DNA of 64,000 nt from Octopus sinensis. Lineage: Eukaryota. The stretch is from positions 5,083,360 through 5,147,359 of the forward strand of contig NC_043019.1 in the NCBI RefSeq assembly GCF_006345805.1, written 5' to 3'. Under the pieces are notes generated by a model. That model was not told the origin of the DNA. It searched no databases and was given only the letters and a program-made list of their open reading frames with translations. How positions within the stretch are numbered: the stretch's first letter is position 1; each line of letters begins with the position of its first letter. Positions 38,433-50,420 of the stretch are shown here, in pieces. A program made the position numbers and the translations under genes.

Positions 38433-38490
38433 GCTTATAGCACCTACATCTTCCAAGTGGTCACTCACCTAAGTGCTAATTAGGCTCAAC
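38433..38490 (-). pseudogene. Degenerate 5S rRNA-derived fragment (3' half)
   Basis: About 70% match by eye to the reverse complement of eukaryotic 5S (GCCTACAGCACC...GGTCTCCCATCCAAGTACTAACCAGGCCCGAC), mostly transitions. Confidence 0.55.
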
Positions 38491-38760
38491 ACACACACAC
38501 ACAGATAGCTATAGATAGGATTCATTTAACATTGATTTTTTTTCCTATGCTTGTATGGTTTGAACAAGAACTGATATTTAGGCAGGATTTTTATGGACAG
38601 CTGCTCTTCCTCTGCTATTTCACAAGTTTTTGAAGTGCAGAGCACACAGACCATAGAATCAACATTAGCACTGCTCTGGTCAAATGGTAACATGGGAAAT
38701 ATCAGCGTTTACACACACACAAGTTAAATGCAGTTTCTAACTACCAAATTCCTTCATAGC

Positions 38761-39627
38761 AATGAAACATGGGCTGTGACAGCCGAAGACATGTGTAGGC
38801 TTGAAAGAAATTAAGCGAGTATGCTTTGCTGGATGTGCAATGTCAATGTGCATGTACGACGGTGTAAGCATCTTGAGAGAAAAGTTGGGCCTAACAGACA
38901 ACAGATGTGGTGCACAAAGAGAGACGACTGCGCTGGTATGGTCATGTGATGTGTATGGACAAGGACAGCCGTATAAAGTGCCAATCTCTACCTGTGGAGG
39001 GAACCTGTGGAAGAGGTAAACTCAGGAAGACTTGAGATGAGGTGGTGAAGCTCTGGCAATATGTCACGCTTGAGAAGACCCTTCAAGCTAAGTGAAACCA
39101 TAGTCATGGCCAATGCCAGTGTCACGGAATTGGCACCCATGCTGGTGGCATGTAAAAGGCACCTTTCGAGCATTGGGCCTCACAGGGGCATCTGGCACCT
39201 GTGCTAGTGGCATATAAAATGCACCTGTTGAGCGTTGGACCTCGCAGAGGCAATGTAGATGATAGCAGTGTTGTGTAAATAGCACCTGTGCCAGTGGTTA
39301 TGTAAAAAAAGCACCTTTCAAGCATTGGGTCCCATGGCGGCAATGAGAAATGACCAAGACCTTGGGCAATATGCCATGCTTAAGTAAAAGACCCATCAAG
39401 CCAAGTGAAATCGTAGTCATGGTGGATACTGGTGCCACACAACAGGTACCCATGCTGGTGTCACGTAAAAGCACCCATTTCACTCTCGGAGTGGTTGGTG
39501 TTAGGAAGGGTATCCAGCCATAGAAACGATGCCAAATCAGACTGAAGTCTGGTGCAGCCCCTCAGCTAACCAACCCTGGTCAAACTGTCCAACTCATGCC
39601 AGCATGGACAACGGATGTTAAAAGATG
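38761..39627 (+). mobile_element. 5'-truncated RTE-clade LINE: ORF C-terminus plus 3' UTR
   Basis: ETWAVTAEDMCRLERN, LRWYGHVM and VEGTCGRG motifs, followed by a family C-like terminus. Confidence 0.85.
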
Positions 39628-39664
39628 TTTTGTGCACACACATATAATACACAAGTGTGTTTAT

Positions 39665-39991
39665 GTGCCTGTGATACCAGTGCCACGTAAAAAGCACCAT
39701 CCGAACGTGGCCGTAGCCAGCGTCGCCCTGACTGGCCTCCGAGCCGGTGGCACGTAAAAAGCACCATCCAATCGTGGCCATTTGCCAGCCTCGTCTGGCA
39801 CCTGTGCCAGTGGCACGTAAAAAGCACCCACTACATTCACTGAGTGGTTGGCGTTAGGAAGGGCATCTAGCTGTAGAAACACTGCCAGATCAGACTGGGC
39901 CTGGTGCAGCCTTCTGGCTTCCCAGACCCCAGTTGAACCGTCCAACCCATGCTAGCATGGAAAGCGGACATTAAACGATGATGATGATGAT
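39665..39991 (+). mobile_element. RTE 3'-UTR fragment (family C)
   Basis: (GAT)n tail, family homology. Confidence 0.85.
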
Positions 39992-40008
39992 ATATATATA
40001 TATTACAT

Positions 40009-40402
40009 AGGCGCAGGAGTGGCTGTGTGGTAAGTAGCTTGCTAACCAACCACATGGTTCCGTGTTCAGTCCCACTGCGTGGCATCTTGGGCAAGTGTCT
40101 TCTGCTATAGCCCCGGGCCGACCAATGCTTTGTGAGTGGATTTGGTAGACGGAAACTGAAAGAAGCCTCTCGTATATATATATATATATACGTATGTGTG
40201 TCTGTGTTTGTCTCCCTAGCATTGCTTGACAACCAATGCTGGTGTGTTTACGTCCCCGTCACTTAGCGGTTCGGCAAAACAGACTTACAGAATAAATACT
40301 GGGCTTACAAAGAATAAGTCCCGGGGTCGATTTGCTCAACTAAAGGTGGTGCTCCAGCATGGCCGCAGTCAAATGACTGAAACAAATAAAAGAGTAAAAG
40401 AG
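40009..40402 (+). mobile_element. SINE family A
   Basis: Full-length homology. Confidence 0.9.
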
Positions 40403-40749
40403 TATATAATAGCAGTAATACCCATCATGGATCGGGTAAATTACTTTTACTGTTTCTCGGGCCGAGATGCTAGAAAAATGGGTATATCATATAGAAGAAT
40501 AGCTTTACAGAATCCAGGTGACTGCGATGGCACTGAAAAGGGCTACAGGTCAAGTGGAACATCCATTTGATCCTTTTGACGTTTGAATAGGCAGTATGCC
40601 AAAGGAGAATTGAAAGATTCAGTTTCGAATCTGAACCAGGGTGAGACTATGACCACAGATTGAGGTTTACTCGTCCTGTTTGTATTAAATAAGAGAAAAA
40701 CGTAATTGAAGTAGGAAAAAAGACGGATTTCATACACAAACTTCTGTTT

Positions 40750-41030
40750 ATTCTTCAGGTTGCAATCCAGCAACTTTTAGTATTTGGCCCTGAGTGTTAT
40801 TAATGCTCATGGCAAAAGAAAGTGAGATAAGAAACTGTAACAACTTAAATTGGAATGGGACATTGGATGGTATATAACTGGTATGTGAGGGATGAAGACT
40901 GTGTCACTTTTACCACAACCAGTGAGAATATTGGCCTCAATGCAGCTACTCATAGATTTGTGCACAATTAGTGTTGTACCATTGCATAATTTTTGTTGAG
41001 ACAAATTAGACAACAGCATAGTAGGAGATA
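40750..41030 (-). pseudogene. Helitron RepHel PIF1-helicase remnant
   Basis: MLLSNL..KLCNGT.LIV...ILTG...VFIPHIP, then a frameshift to PFQFKLLQF...FAMSINNTQGQ (PIF1 motifs). Confidence 0.85.
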
Positions 41031-41754
41031 TAGAAAAAGCCTAATAGCTTCCCTTGAACCAGTTACTTTCATTTTGGTAAACAAATGAACAAACACTAAC
41101 GGACAGAATCACTCTTTTATCTATATGGCGATATACACACATTTTAATGTCTGTTTTTTCATGCTTGCATGGATCAGATGAGACTATGTTTACAGGTGGA
41201 GGCCCTTCTATTCATCAACCCTCACCTATTTCCAAGCAAAATAATAAACTTCCGGTCTATCAATGAACATTCCAAATTGCAAACAGTAAGGCTTTTGTTT
41301 GTAATCAGTGCATGTATATTTAGAAAAGAAACCCAGACATCCTTTCAGGGTGGACTACAAACAATATCATCTAATATGAATCGTGAGCCATACAAACACA
41401 CCTGGCCACATTGCTTTTTTTCAATGAAAAGACTAGGGGAAATATTACCTTGTTTTGAAAGTTTCATCTGACCAATATATATATACGGAAAAATGGACAA
41501 AAAAATGATAATGTGTAAATGTTTGTGTGTCTAAATATACAGACACACACACACATGTCTTCATTGTCTCACATGTTCTCTATACTAATTATTCATCCCC
41601 GTTACCATACTTTTATTTACTTTCTGTTTCCTCCCAATATAAACAAAAAATAAGTCAGGAAGATTCACAACGTGAGAGCACACCTTTGACACAAATCTAA
41701 CAGAGTGCCACTCTAATACTTAAAACTGATGTGTTAAGGTATTTATTCGTAATG

Positions 41755-41953
41755 CAGCACAAAGTTTTGTCAGTGAACAGGTCGCAGTCTCAAAGCGACG
41801 AAAATATTTTGACAAATTAAATTTAAATGTTGAAGTGAATCTAAGTTTTGTGCGTTTCTTAAATGGCTTATAAACACCTTCCACGCTGCAATTGTTTTCG
41901 TTCCAGCACACGATCTCAGATCAAGTCACTCGCTATGCAAGTACATCTCCGTA
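41755..41953 (+). mobile_element. Family G element, single arm
   Basis: Near-identical to 22615-22806. Confidence 0.78.
41766..41816 (+). ncRNA. Candidate minimal type I hammerhead ribozyme, G3-C8 core variant
   Basis: Stem I UUUGUCA/UGACAAA, core GUGAACA, stem II GUCGC/GCGAC, GAAA, palindromic helix III AAUAUU, U17. Confidence 0.6.
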
Positions 41954-41986
<33 letters not shown>

Positions 41987-42457
41987 CACACACACACACA
42001 ATCATTAACATCAGCTTTCCTATGCATAGGCCACCAGAGTTAAGATTTCACATATTGGGAAGATATCATCCTTACAAACCGATGCTTGTATGTGTCATTT
42101 GGCCTGGCTTCTACAACTAGATGCTTTTCCTATCACCAACCACTTAATATCATGTACTGGATGCAGTCTCTTATAGCACCAACTGCCAAGAGTTTTATAA
42201 GACCTCGATGAGATGGGACTCAAGTGTCATCACAACCCTATACTTTCTTTGTTCATTTGCCAACCACCTTACAGTGTGTTCTGGAAGTATTTTTCATGGC
42301 ACCAACACAAGAGTTTATGCAGATGATGGTACTTACAACATTAGTTGTGTTTCAAGTATCCCCTCGACCTGTATCTCTTAACAGATTTTTAAATTCTTTT
42401 CTAAAAATGTTTTTGATTTGAATATTTGAAATATTGAAGAATTTATTTTGTATCATG

Positions 42458-42850
42458 TTTACTCTTTACTCTTTTACTTGTTTCAGTCATTTGACTGCGG
42501 CCATGCTGGAGCACCACCTTTAGTCGAGCAAATCGACCCCGGGATTTATTCTTTATTCTATCGGTCTCTTTTGCCGAACCACTAAGTGACGGGAACATAA
42601 ACACACCAGCATCGGTTGTCAAGCAATGCTAGGGGGACAAACACATACACACACACACTTATATATATATATATATACATATATACGACGGGCTTCTTTC
42701 AGTTTCCGTCTACCAAATCCACTCACAAGGCATTGGTCGGCCCGAGGCTATAGTAGAAGACACTTGCCCAAGATGCCATGCAGTGGGAGTGAACCCGGAA
42801 CCATGTGGTTGGTTAGCAAGCTACTTACCACACAGCCACTCCTGTGCCTA
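42458..42850 (-). mobile_element. SINE family A
   Basis: Homology, small internal deletion. Confidence 0.9.
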
Positions 42851-43086
42851 TATATTTATATACTGTTTATATACTTATTTTTGTAAAGTTCTGAAGATGA
42901 ATAGTTGCTGACTAGAAATTACATCAGTACGTTTTAGTCGGCCTCTTCTTCAGTGGTTGCACATTTATCTTCTTACACTGAGATGTGTCTCTAATTTGGG
43001 ATTTGAACAAAGAGCATCAAAATCAAGTTTGGACAAGAAAGGTCTGGACATTGCTAAAGTATGTGAAAATTAAATATGGCACTTAA

Positions 43087-43306
43087 CCCTTTAGCATTTA
43101 AACCGGCAATATCTGGCCAAAAGTATTCTGCTTGTTTTATGTTCAAACTGGCCAGATCTGGTCTCACCCCAATCCTACAATATCATCTTAAAAATTTAAC
43201 AGCTACCTCATCAAAATCTCAAAGCTACAAGATAATGCCTGATTAGTTCAAGGCAATGTGGATAAGAAAGGATTAATTTTGGCAGAATAATGCAAACACT
43301 AAAGGG
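43087..43306 (+). mobile_element. piggyBac-like MITE family E, intact
   Basis: TTAA TSD, TIR CCCTTTAG/CTAAAGGG. Confidence 0.9.
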
Positions 43307-43380
43307 TTAAATGAGGATGAGGTAAGGATGCTGAATGTTCGGCTGATTGTATGGTTTTTACTTCACATCTTATAGACAGC

Positions 43381-44315
43381 ATTGTATTGTGACCAGGAAC
43401 CACTTCATCATAAATGGTTAACAGGAAGATCAGTAAAAGTAATTGCTACAAGAACCATCAGAACCATGCGAACAAAAATCTATCTTAAAAAGGTTCCAAG
43501 TTTGGCAGTGCCATTGTATTGTGACCAGGAACCCCTTCATCATAAATGGTTAGCAACAGGAAGATCAGTAAAAGTAATTGCTACAAGAACCATCCGAACC
43601 ATGCGAACAAAAAACGTTCTTAAAACGGTTCCAAGTTTGGCAGTGCCATTGTATTGTGACCAGGAACCACTTCATCATAAATGGTTAGCAACAGGAGATC
43701 AGTAAAAGTAATTGCTACAAGAACCATCAGAACCATGCAAACAAAAATCTATCTTAAAAAGGTTCCAAGTTTGGCAGTGCCATTGTATTGTGACCAGGAA
43801 CCACTTCATCATAAATGGTTAGCAACAGGAAGATCAGTAAAAGTAATTGCTACAAGAACCATCAGAACCATGCAAACAAAAATCTATCTTAAAAAGGTTC
43901 CAAGTTTGGCAGTGCCATTGTATTGTGACCAGGAACCACTTCATCATAAATGGTTAGCAACAGGAAGATCAGTAAAAGTAGTTGCTACAAGAACCATCCG
44001 AACCATGCAAACAAAAATCTATCTTAAAAAGGTTCCAAGTTTGGCAGTGCCATTGTATTGTGACCAGGAACCCCTTCATCATAAATGGTTAGCAACAGGA
44101 AGATCAGTAAAAGTAATTGCTACAAGAACCATCCGAACCATGCAAACAAAAAACGTTCTTAAAACGGTTCCAAGTTTGGCAGTGCCATTGTATTGTGACC
44201 AGGAACCACTGCATCATAAATGGTTAGCAACAGGAGATCAGTAAAAGTAATTGCTACAAGAACCATCCGAACCATGCGAACAAAAATCTATCTTAAAAAG
44301 GTTCTAAGTTTGGCG
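43381..44315. repeat. 135-bp tandem array, 7 units
   Basis: Unit starts at 43381, 43513, 43648, 43782, 43917, 44052, 44187. Confidence 0.97.
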
Positions 44316-44752
44316 GCGCCAGCGTTCTAACAAATGAGTGGTTGTGGTGTCTGCGTAGATCTTCAACTTTGCTATGTTCCCCTTATTTTCCCTACCGACA
44401 GGAATTCAACAGGTTTTCTGAAGCAGTACCTTGGTGTCCAGGTCGTTGGCACTTTTAATCGCCTTTAACCCCGGAACGCAGTGCCCCCATTCTAAAACCA
44501 GGATCCATATCAAAGAGATCACTGAGTCAGCACTAACTCCATTGTCTGCAGAATTCAGAAGTTTCACCTTGAGTAGGAAATTCAACAGAAGAAACAATGG
44601 GAACTATGTAAAATGGCTGCTTATTATTTACAGCAGTGAATAAATGATGTTTATATAACCAACCTACCTCCTCGCTTTACTGAACAAATATACATAGTAC
44701 AAAATTAACATTTTATTAACCGACACGAAATACTTAGATGGGGAAGGTAAAA

Positions 44753-45156
44753 GGATCTTTTCCGTTTGAATGGCAGTTTATAACATAATTTCTAGGTAAC
44801 TAAAAAAATTCTAAACTTCGTATACTGGTAGAATGTGTTTATAAAACATCTTTTACTCTTGGCTTTATTGAGAAAATTCTATAGTTTGTTTGTTTGTTTT
44901 CTTCAATTTCTGCAATTTCAACCAATCACTGACGTCTATTGAGGTAAAAAAAAACATTCTGTGCCGTATGAATATGTCCCTCGTTTAAGAAACAGATTGG
45001 GTTTATTTACATTTGTGAAGAAAAAAAGATACCCTTCTCTCCACCCCTAACCTAAAACAGATTGAAATGCAATAGATCGATACTAGGGTCATAATTATGG
45101 GTGACAATTTCATATGACACCGCTAGAAAAAACTGCCGTTCAAACTGAAAAGATCC
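44753..45156. mobile_element. Merlin-like MITE family D
   Basis: TIRs, TSD aggtaaaa/aagtaaaa. Confidence 0.9.
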
Positions 45157-45537
45157 AAGTAAAAGAATAATTATGAAGCCATCACTGTGATGGGGACGAT
45201 GCGACATTTATGCCTTCCAAAAAGCACTTATAAGGGGGGGGGGTCCGTACAACTGTAGGTTTAAAATGCTCTTGTTTACTGTTTCAAAAACAAGAGTTCA
45301 AACAAAGCCTGAAATTGTAAATCAATGAGAATGGAATCTTCCACTTCAACCGAACAGGATGAGACACATCGTCAAAACTGGTGCTGAGAATATATACAAA
45401 GAACATGAAGGATCTAATTCACTGATGACCTTAAGGTACTCCGCATCCGTACTATAAATTGGCCGTCAGTTAGGTTCCTAGTTCACAGCCGAGTCTGGAG
45501 CTAGGGATCCGTAAGAAGGCTTCCGAGTCAGCAGATA

Positions 45538-45727
45538 TACTCTTTTACTTGTTTCAGCCATTTGACTGCGGCCATGCTGGAGCACCGCCTTTAATCGATC
45601 AACTCGACCCCGGGACTTATTCTTTTGTAAGCCCAATACTTATTCTATCGGTCTCTTTTGCCGAACTGCTAAGTAACGGGGACATAAACACACCAGCATC
45701 GGTTGTCAAGCAATGCTAGGGGGACAA

Positions 45728-45802
<75 letters not shown>

Positions 45803-45963
45803 TACGATGGGCTTCTTTCAGTTTCCGTCTACCAAATCCACTCACAAGGCTTTGGTCGGCCCGAGGCTATAGTAGAAGACACTTGCCCAAGATGCCACGC
45901 AGTGGGACTGAACCCGGAACCATGTGGTTGGTAAACAAGCTACTTACCACACAGCCACTCCTG
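45538..45963 (-). mobile_element. SINE family A with expanded (TA)n
   Basis: Family homology. Confidence 0.9.
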
Positions 45964-46137
45964 TATATATTAAAGGAAAAGTAAACAAAACCTTTTCCAT
46001 ATATATATATATATGGAAAAGGTTTTGTTTAGTTTTCCTTGAATGAATTATCCCTTGTTTAACGTTAACATGGAAAATTCAAACAGTTACCAGGGTAGCA
46101 AAATTTACGCTAGTAACAAGGATGTAGCGGCCTATAT

Positions 46138-46183
<46 letters not shown>

Positions 46184-46421
46184 TATATATAGTAGAAATA
46201 TGTTACGAAAAGAAAATATAAAATACACGTGGAAATGTAAGGTAAAATATGAAAAATCAACAAAAATGCATATTGCAAATAAAAAAAGGCTATTTATGAC
46301 AGGTAACGACAAATATATACATTTAGATTGACTGAGGTAGTAATACGAGTCATAAAAGTCATTAATATGAGATGATTATAAGATGATAATATAGTAAGAG
46401 AACAAAAGGGACCATGGTGTA

Positions 46422-46452
<31 letters not shown>

Positions 46453-49275
46453 TAATAAATAAAACATATGCATATATATATATACATATATGTACGTACC
46501 AACCTCTACATGTATATATACACGCATATATGAGTAGAGGACACCAAAAAAACGTCGAATACAATGAGAAACGAAAACATAGACACAAACCCAAGGAACT
46601 GGACATTTTTTTTAACAACAAAAAAAATAGAGTACAGGACAATTAACACAAAGAAAAAACCCCTTCTTCAGTCGCCATGGTTTCATCTACTCTACGTTTC
46701 GAAGGTGAAGGCGCATATATTCTAAACACAAAATAGCTCATTTAAAAAAATTCTTTAAATCTCTAATGTTACACTTCCTAATAGCCACAAGGTATTTAAG
46801 GATTGTTTGATGATTAAGAAAATCTTTGCTGAAAGGCATTCCCATTCAAAACCAAACCAGTTTATCCAGACACGGTTTAACTAGAAATACTTAATGGGGT
46901 GTGCCTTCAAGGAGATTTGGTAGAATGATCCTTCGTTGGCTAAGGATTAAGGGCCGATTCCAATATGCTAACCAGAGGGTTGAGCACGTCAGTTAAATTA
47001 AAGGGACGGGAGTATTTAAATTGAGTAAATATTTAACGAAATTGATTTCCTCCAGCCAAACCCACCACAACCACTCAACCATTTTCACTTTTGAAAATAC
47101 GGACAAGGTTACTTGGTTGCTTAAATACAATTGAAACTATTCAGATTGTGATTTAATAAATAATAAAGAGATCAAGACTAAACACAACTGCGGCTACAAC
47201 AGACTTGAGTCGAGAACGATAATGGGTTTTTTTTTATTAATTAAAAAAATGATTAAAGAAAAATGTTTGAAGAGTGCGACATAACGCTTGGGAAGGGGAG
47301 ATAACCGAGTGGTGCTGGCGAGAGCTTCTAGCAACTTCCATTTTGGACTGTGTGTGTGTGTGTGTGTGTGTGTGTATAAGTAAAATATACGTGTTTATAG
47401 CATGTATGTGTAAATAAAAGTGTCTGCATTGGGGGATATTTCGTTTCCTTTCTACAAAATAGCTTCGGATGGTTCGTTAGTGCAGATCCGAGCCGATTTA
47501 TATTAAAGCCGTCCCAGCAGTGACCATCCCGTCTTTTTAGGACCACAAATGCCTGGTCATTTATTATTTCTCTTTTTTTTTTTTCAATGACAGAAGGGAG
47601 GTGGGGGACTGAAATATACATGGCTATTTGTAAGAGTCCTGGAGACCTCGTTCATGACTCGCTTAATTGGCTTTGACATTGTAATTTATTTATTTTTCTA
47701 AAAAAATTCCGAGAAGCCATTTGCATCAGAAATGGGATGTAAACGAGGCGGAGGAAATGCTGAAAGCTTCTGGTAGATTCTTCCATGGTCTCCAGGTTGT
47801 CACGTGTAGAAGAAATAACGGCGCCGCCATCGAAATGTTGGATTAGATTTGACAAAGATTTGGGGGAATTATTAGGAGAAATGCCGAGGAACAGAAGGAA
47901 TATGGAGAAGGAAATACGAATATTCGGAATAATGGCGGTTTAAGATAAAAAAGTTTAGAAACTAGAAACATAAAGGATACGAAATGGAGGAGAGATCAAA
48001 GGGAAATATTAAGAGATAGGTCGATGTCGAATAACAAATATTACTTATAGAGTTATAAACGATTAAAGCCAATGTTTAGAAGATAAAGAAACGGATTGAC
48101 TAACACAAAATAAAGCGAAGCATAAAAGAAAGGAAAAGAATAATTACGAAAGAGAGACATAATGTTAATTAGTAGGAAATAGACATTACTAAGTACTGGG
48201 TGGATTTTATACTCGTATGAATGGAAACTGCAAAATGGTAGGGACTACTGTCTGATATAAAGAGTAAGAAATAGAAACGAAAGGTGAATGGATAGGGATT
48301 ATAAAAATCAGCTGAGAAAATTGGGAGCAGGAAAGAAAAGCTGGTAAAAATATAAACGAGAAAGCCTGACCCAAGTGGAAAAAACCTCCATTTCCTTCCA
48401 CATCATTAGAATTTCAAATTTGTTTCCCCCAACGAACAACTAGAGCCACAAAAATACATTTTATGGGTAAACATGGACTGACATCGAAATTAAAGTACAC
48501 CAGATTCATATTTATTAGACACTAAAAGGTTATAAATAATAAATGTAAGGATACGGATGAACCGAGAGAGAGAAACAGATATTGGCGGTGTGAGAGACAT
48601 TATGATATAAAGAATAAACTATTGCAAACAGTGGCAATGGCAAGGGAAAAAAACTAGGTTTCTTTCGTTTTTAACACACTATAGAAAGTGATTTTGTTAG
48701 TGATATATGACAGGAAATAAGAAAGATACGATGGTCGATCGAAATTAGTGATAGACATTGAATGGTGCAGGCAATTTGAACCAGAAGGTGGTGAAATGTG
48801 AAACTCAAATATTACGTTACAAGGATATGTGTGTGTTGACTTTGATAGAGGATAAATCATATGTAATTGTTTACCAACTGATAACAAAAACTATCTCAAC
48901 CTTCCCCTACACCATATTCCTTCAAATAATATATATATATAATTATTATTTGAGGGAATATTAATTCTAACTTACAGGGAAAAATTCAATTTAGAAATAC
49001 TAAATCAAATTTCACACAATATAATATATATATATATAAAGTTAGAAAACCACCACCTTTTATCAATTCAAAATAAACAATTAAATTACACCATCTAGAA
49101 AATTACATATAATAGAAATATTAATATATATATATATATATATATTAAATTAGAGATAAAACCACTATTAGGCAAATCAAACAATGAAAAACTTAAGCCA
49201 ATACATAAAATTAATTAATTTATATTATTTTAAATATATATCAAAAGTATTAAAAGTTTAATAAAAGACAATGAG

Positions 49276-49307
<32 letters not shown>

Positions 49308-50380
49308 CACACACACATATATATATATATAAGATCATCAACAATTTAGATTCAAATGAATATGGTACTTAATTTAGATGCACCAGAATTTTGTATGGTA
49401 TTACCCATAAAAATATATAATCAAAAAATTTTTTGATTATATATATATATATATATACACACATGCGTGTGTGGTGTATTGGAGTAATTAACTGCAGTGT
49501 TACTTCTATATTATATAACCAGCTTGGACGACAGTTGCTGGTCTTTTGTTAATCGGGGTAAAATTCCCTGAGTATATAAATACATTATATTTAATCTACT
49601 TTAAACTGTTGAAATTTCAAGTCTTTCTAACAAAACAATCGGTTTGTGTAGAGGAGACATTCACTGAACCAACTTTACGTAAAATGTTACACTACAATCA
49701 GATATGGCTATCCACGATCAACCGTCGACCCACCCCCATCAGAAGTCCGGCAAACGAGAAAGCCTCTACTAGAAATAGCAGCCAAATGTCATACAAATTA
49801 CATCCAACTGTTATTCAAGTACACGTTGGAGGTCTCCTTGGGGTTTCTCCATATCATAAGAGGGGCTTGTCACGGGTGTAATGTCTATGATTATACGCCG
49901 ATTTGGGATTAGATAACCTCATAAAACCAATTATACGACCCAGCGAGGGTGCCTCTATATGCGGTCACTCAAATTGCTGGAAATAATAGCTAAAATCCTA
50001 CGACACCTGGGATAATGTAAGCCTAGACAAACTATTGTCTGAATAAAAGCTGGGATTGTCGTAGCTCGATGGTAGCCTTTCATTAATTAAACTTAATGAG
50101 CCGACATAATTACTATTATTCATACAAGGAGGATTTCTTCAGACCATCCGAACCATAAATGAATTAATCCAAACATCTGTAAAATATATATATATTTCTC
50201 TTCTAATATGATCGATATGTATCTATTGAATACATCATTGCATTACAATCGATATATTTTGATTCGATGCCATTATAGATAAGAATCGATATATTTCTAT
50301 TAACTAAATGAATTTTTTTTTTAAATTATCAGCGAACGATAACGAACATAATCAGTCTTAATTATCAATGGCATTATTAG

Positions 50381-50420
<40 letters not shown>

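Noticed and set aside
40546-40566. MDVPLDL as the DNAJC7 N-terminus via CT|gtagcc
   Set aside because: Phase fits, but the donor is far from consensus.
43381-44315. CRISPR-like array or repeat-protein gene
   Set aside because: No unique spacers, eukaryotic context, a frameshift shared by two units, and no recognisable domain or splice context.
47652-47855. DNAJC7 first exon at ATGGCGGCG or MEESTR...
   Set aside because: Both frames reach stops with no usable donor. At most a YY1-like regulatory motif.
47860-48460. Purine-rich stretch as a coding exon
   Set aside because: Low complexity with frequent stops and no splice context.
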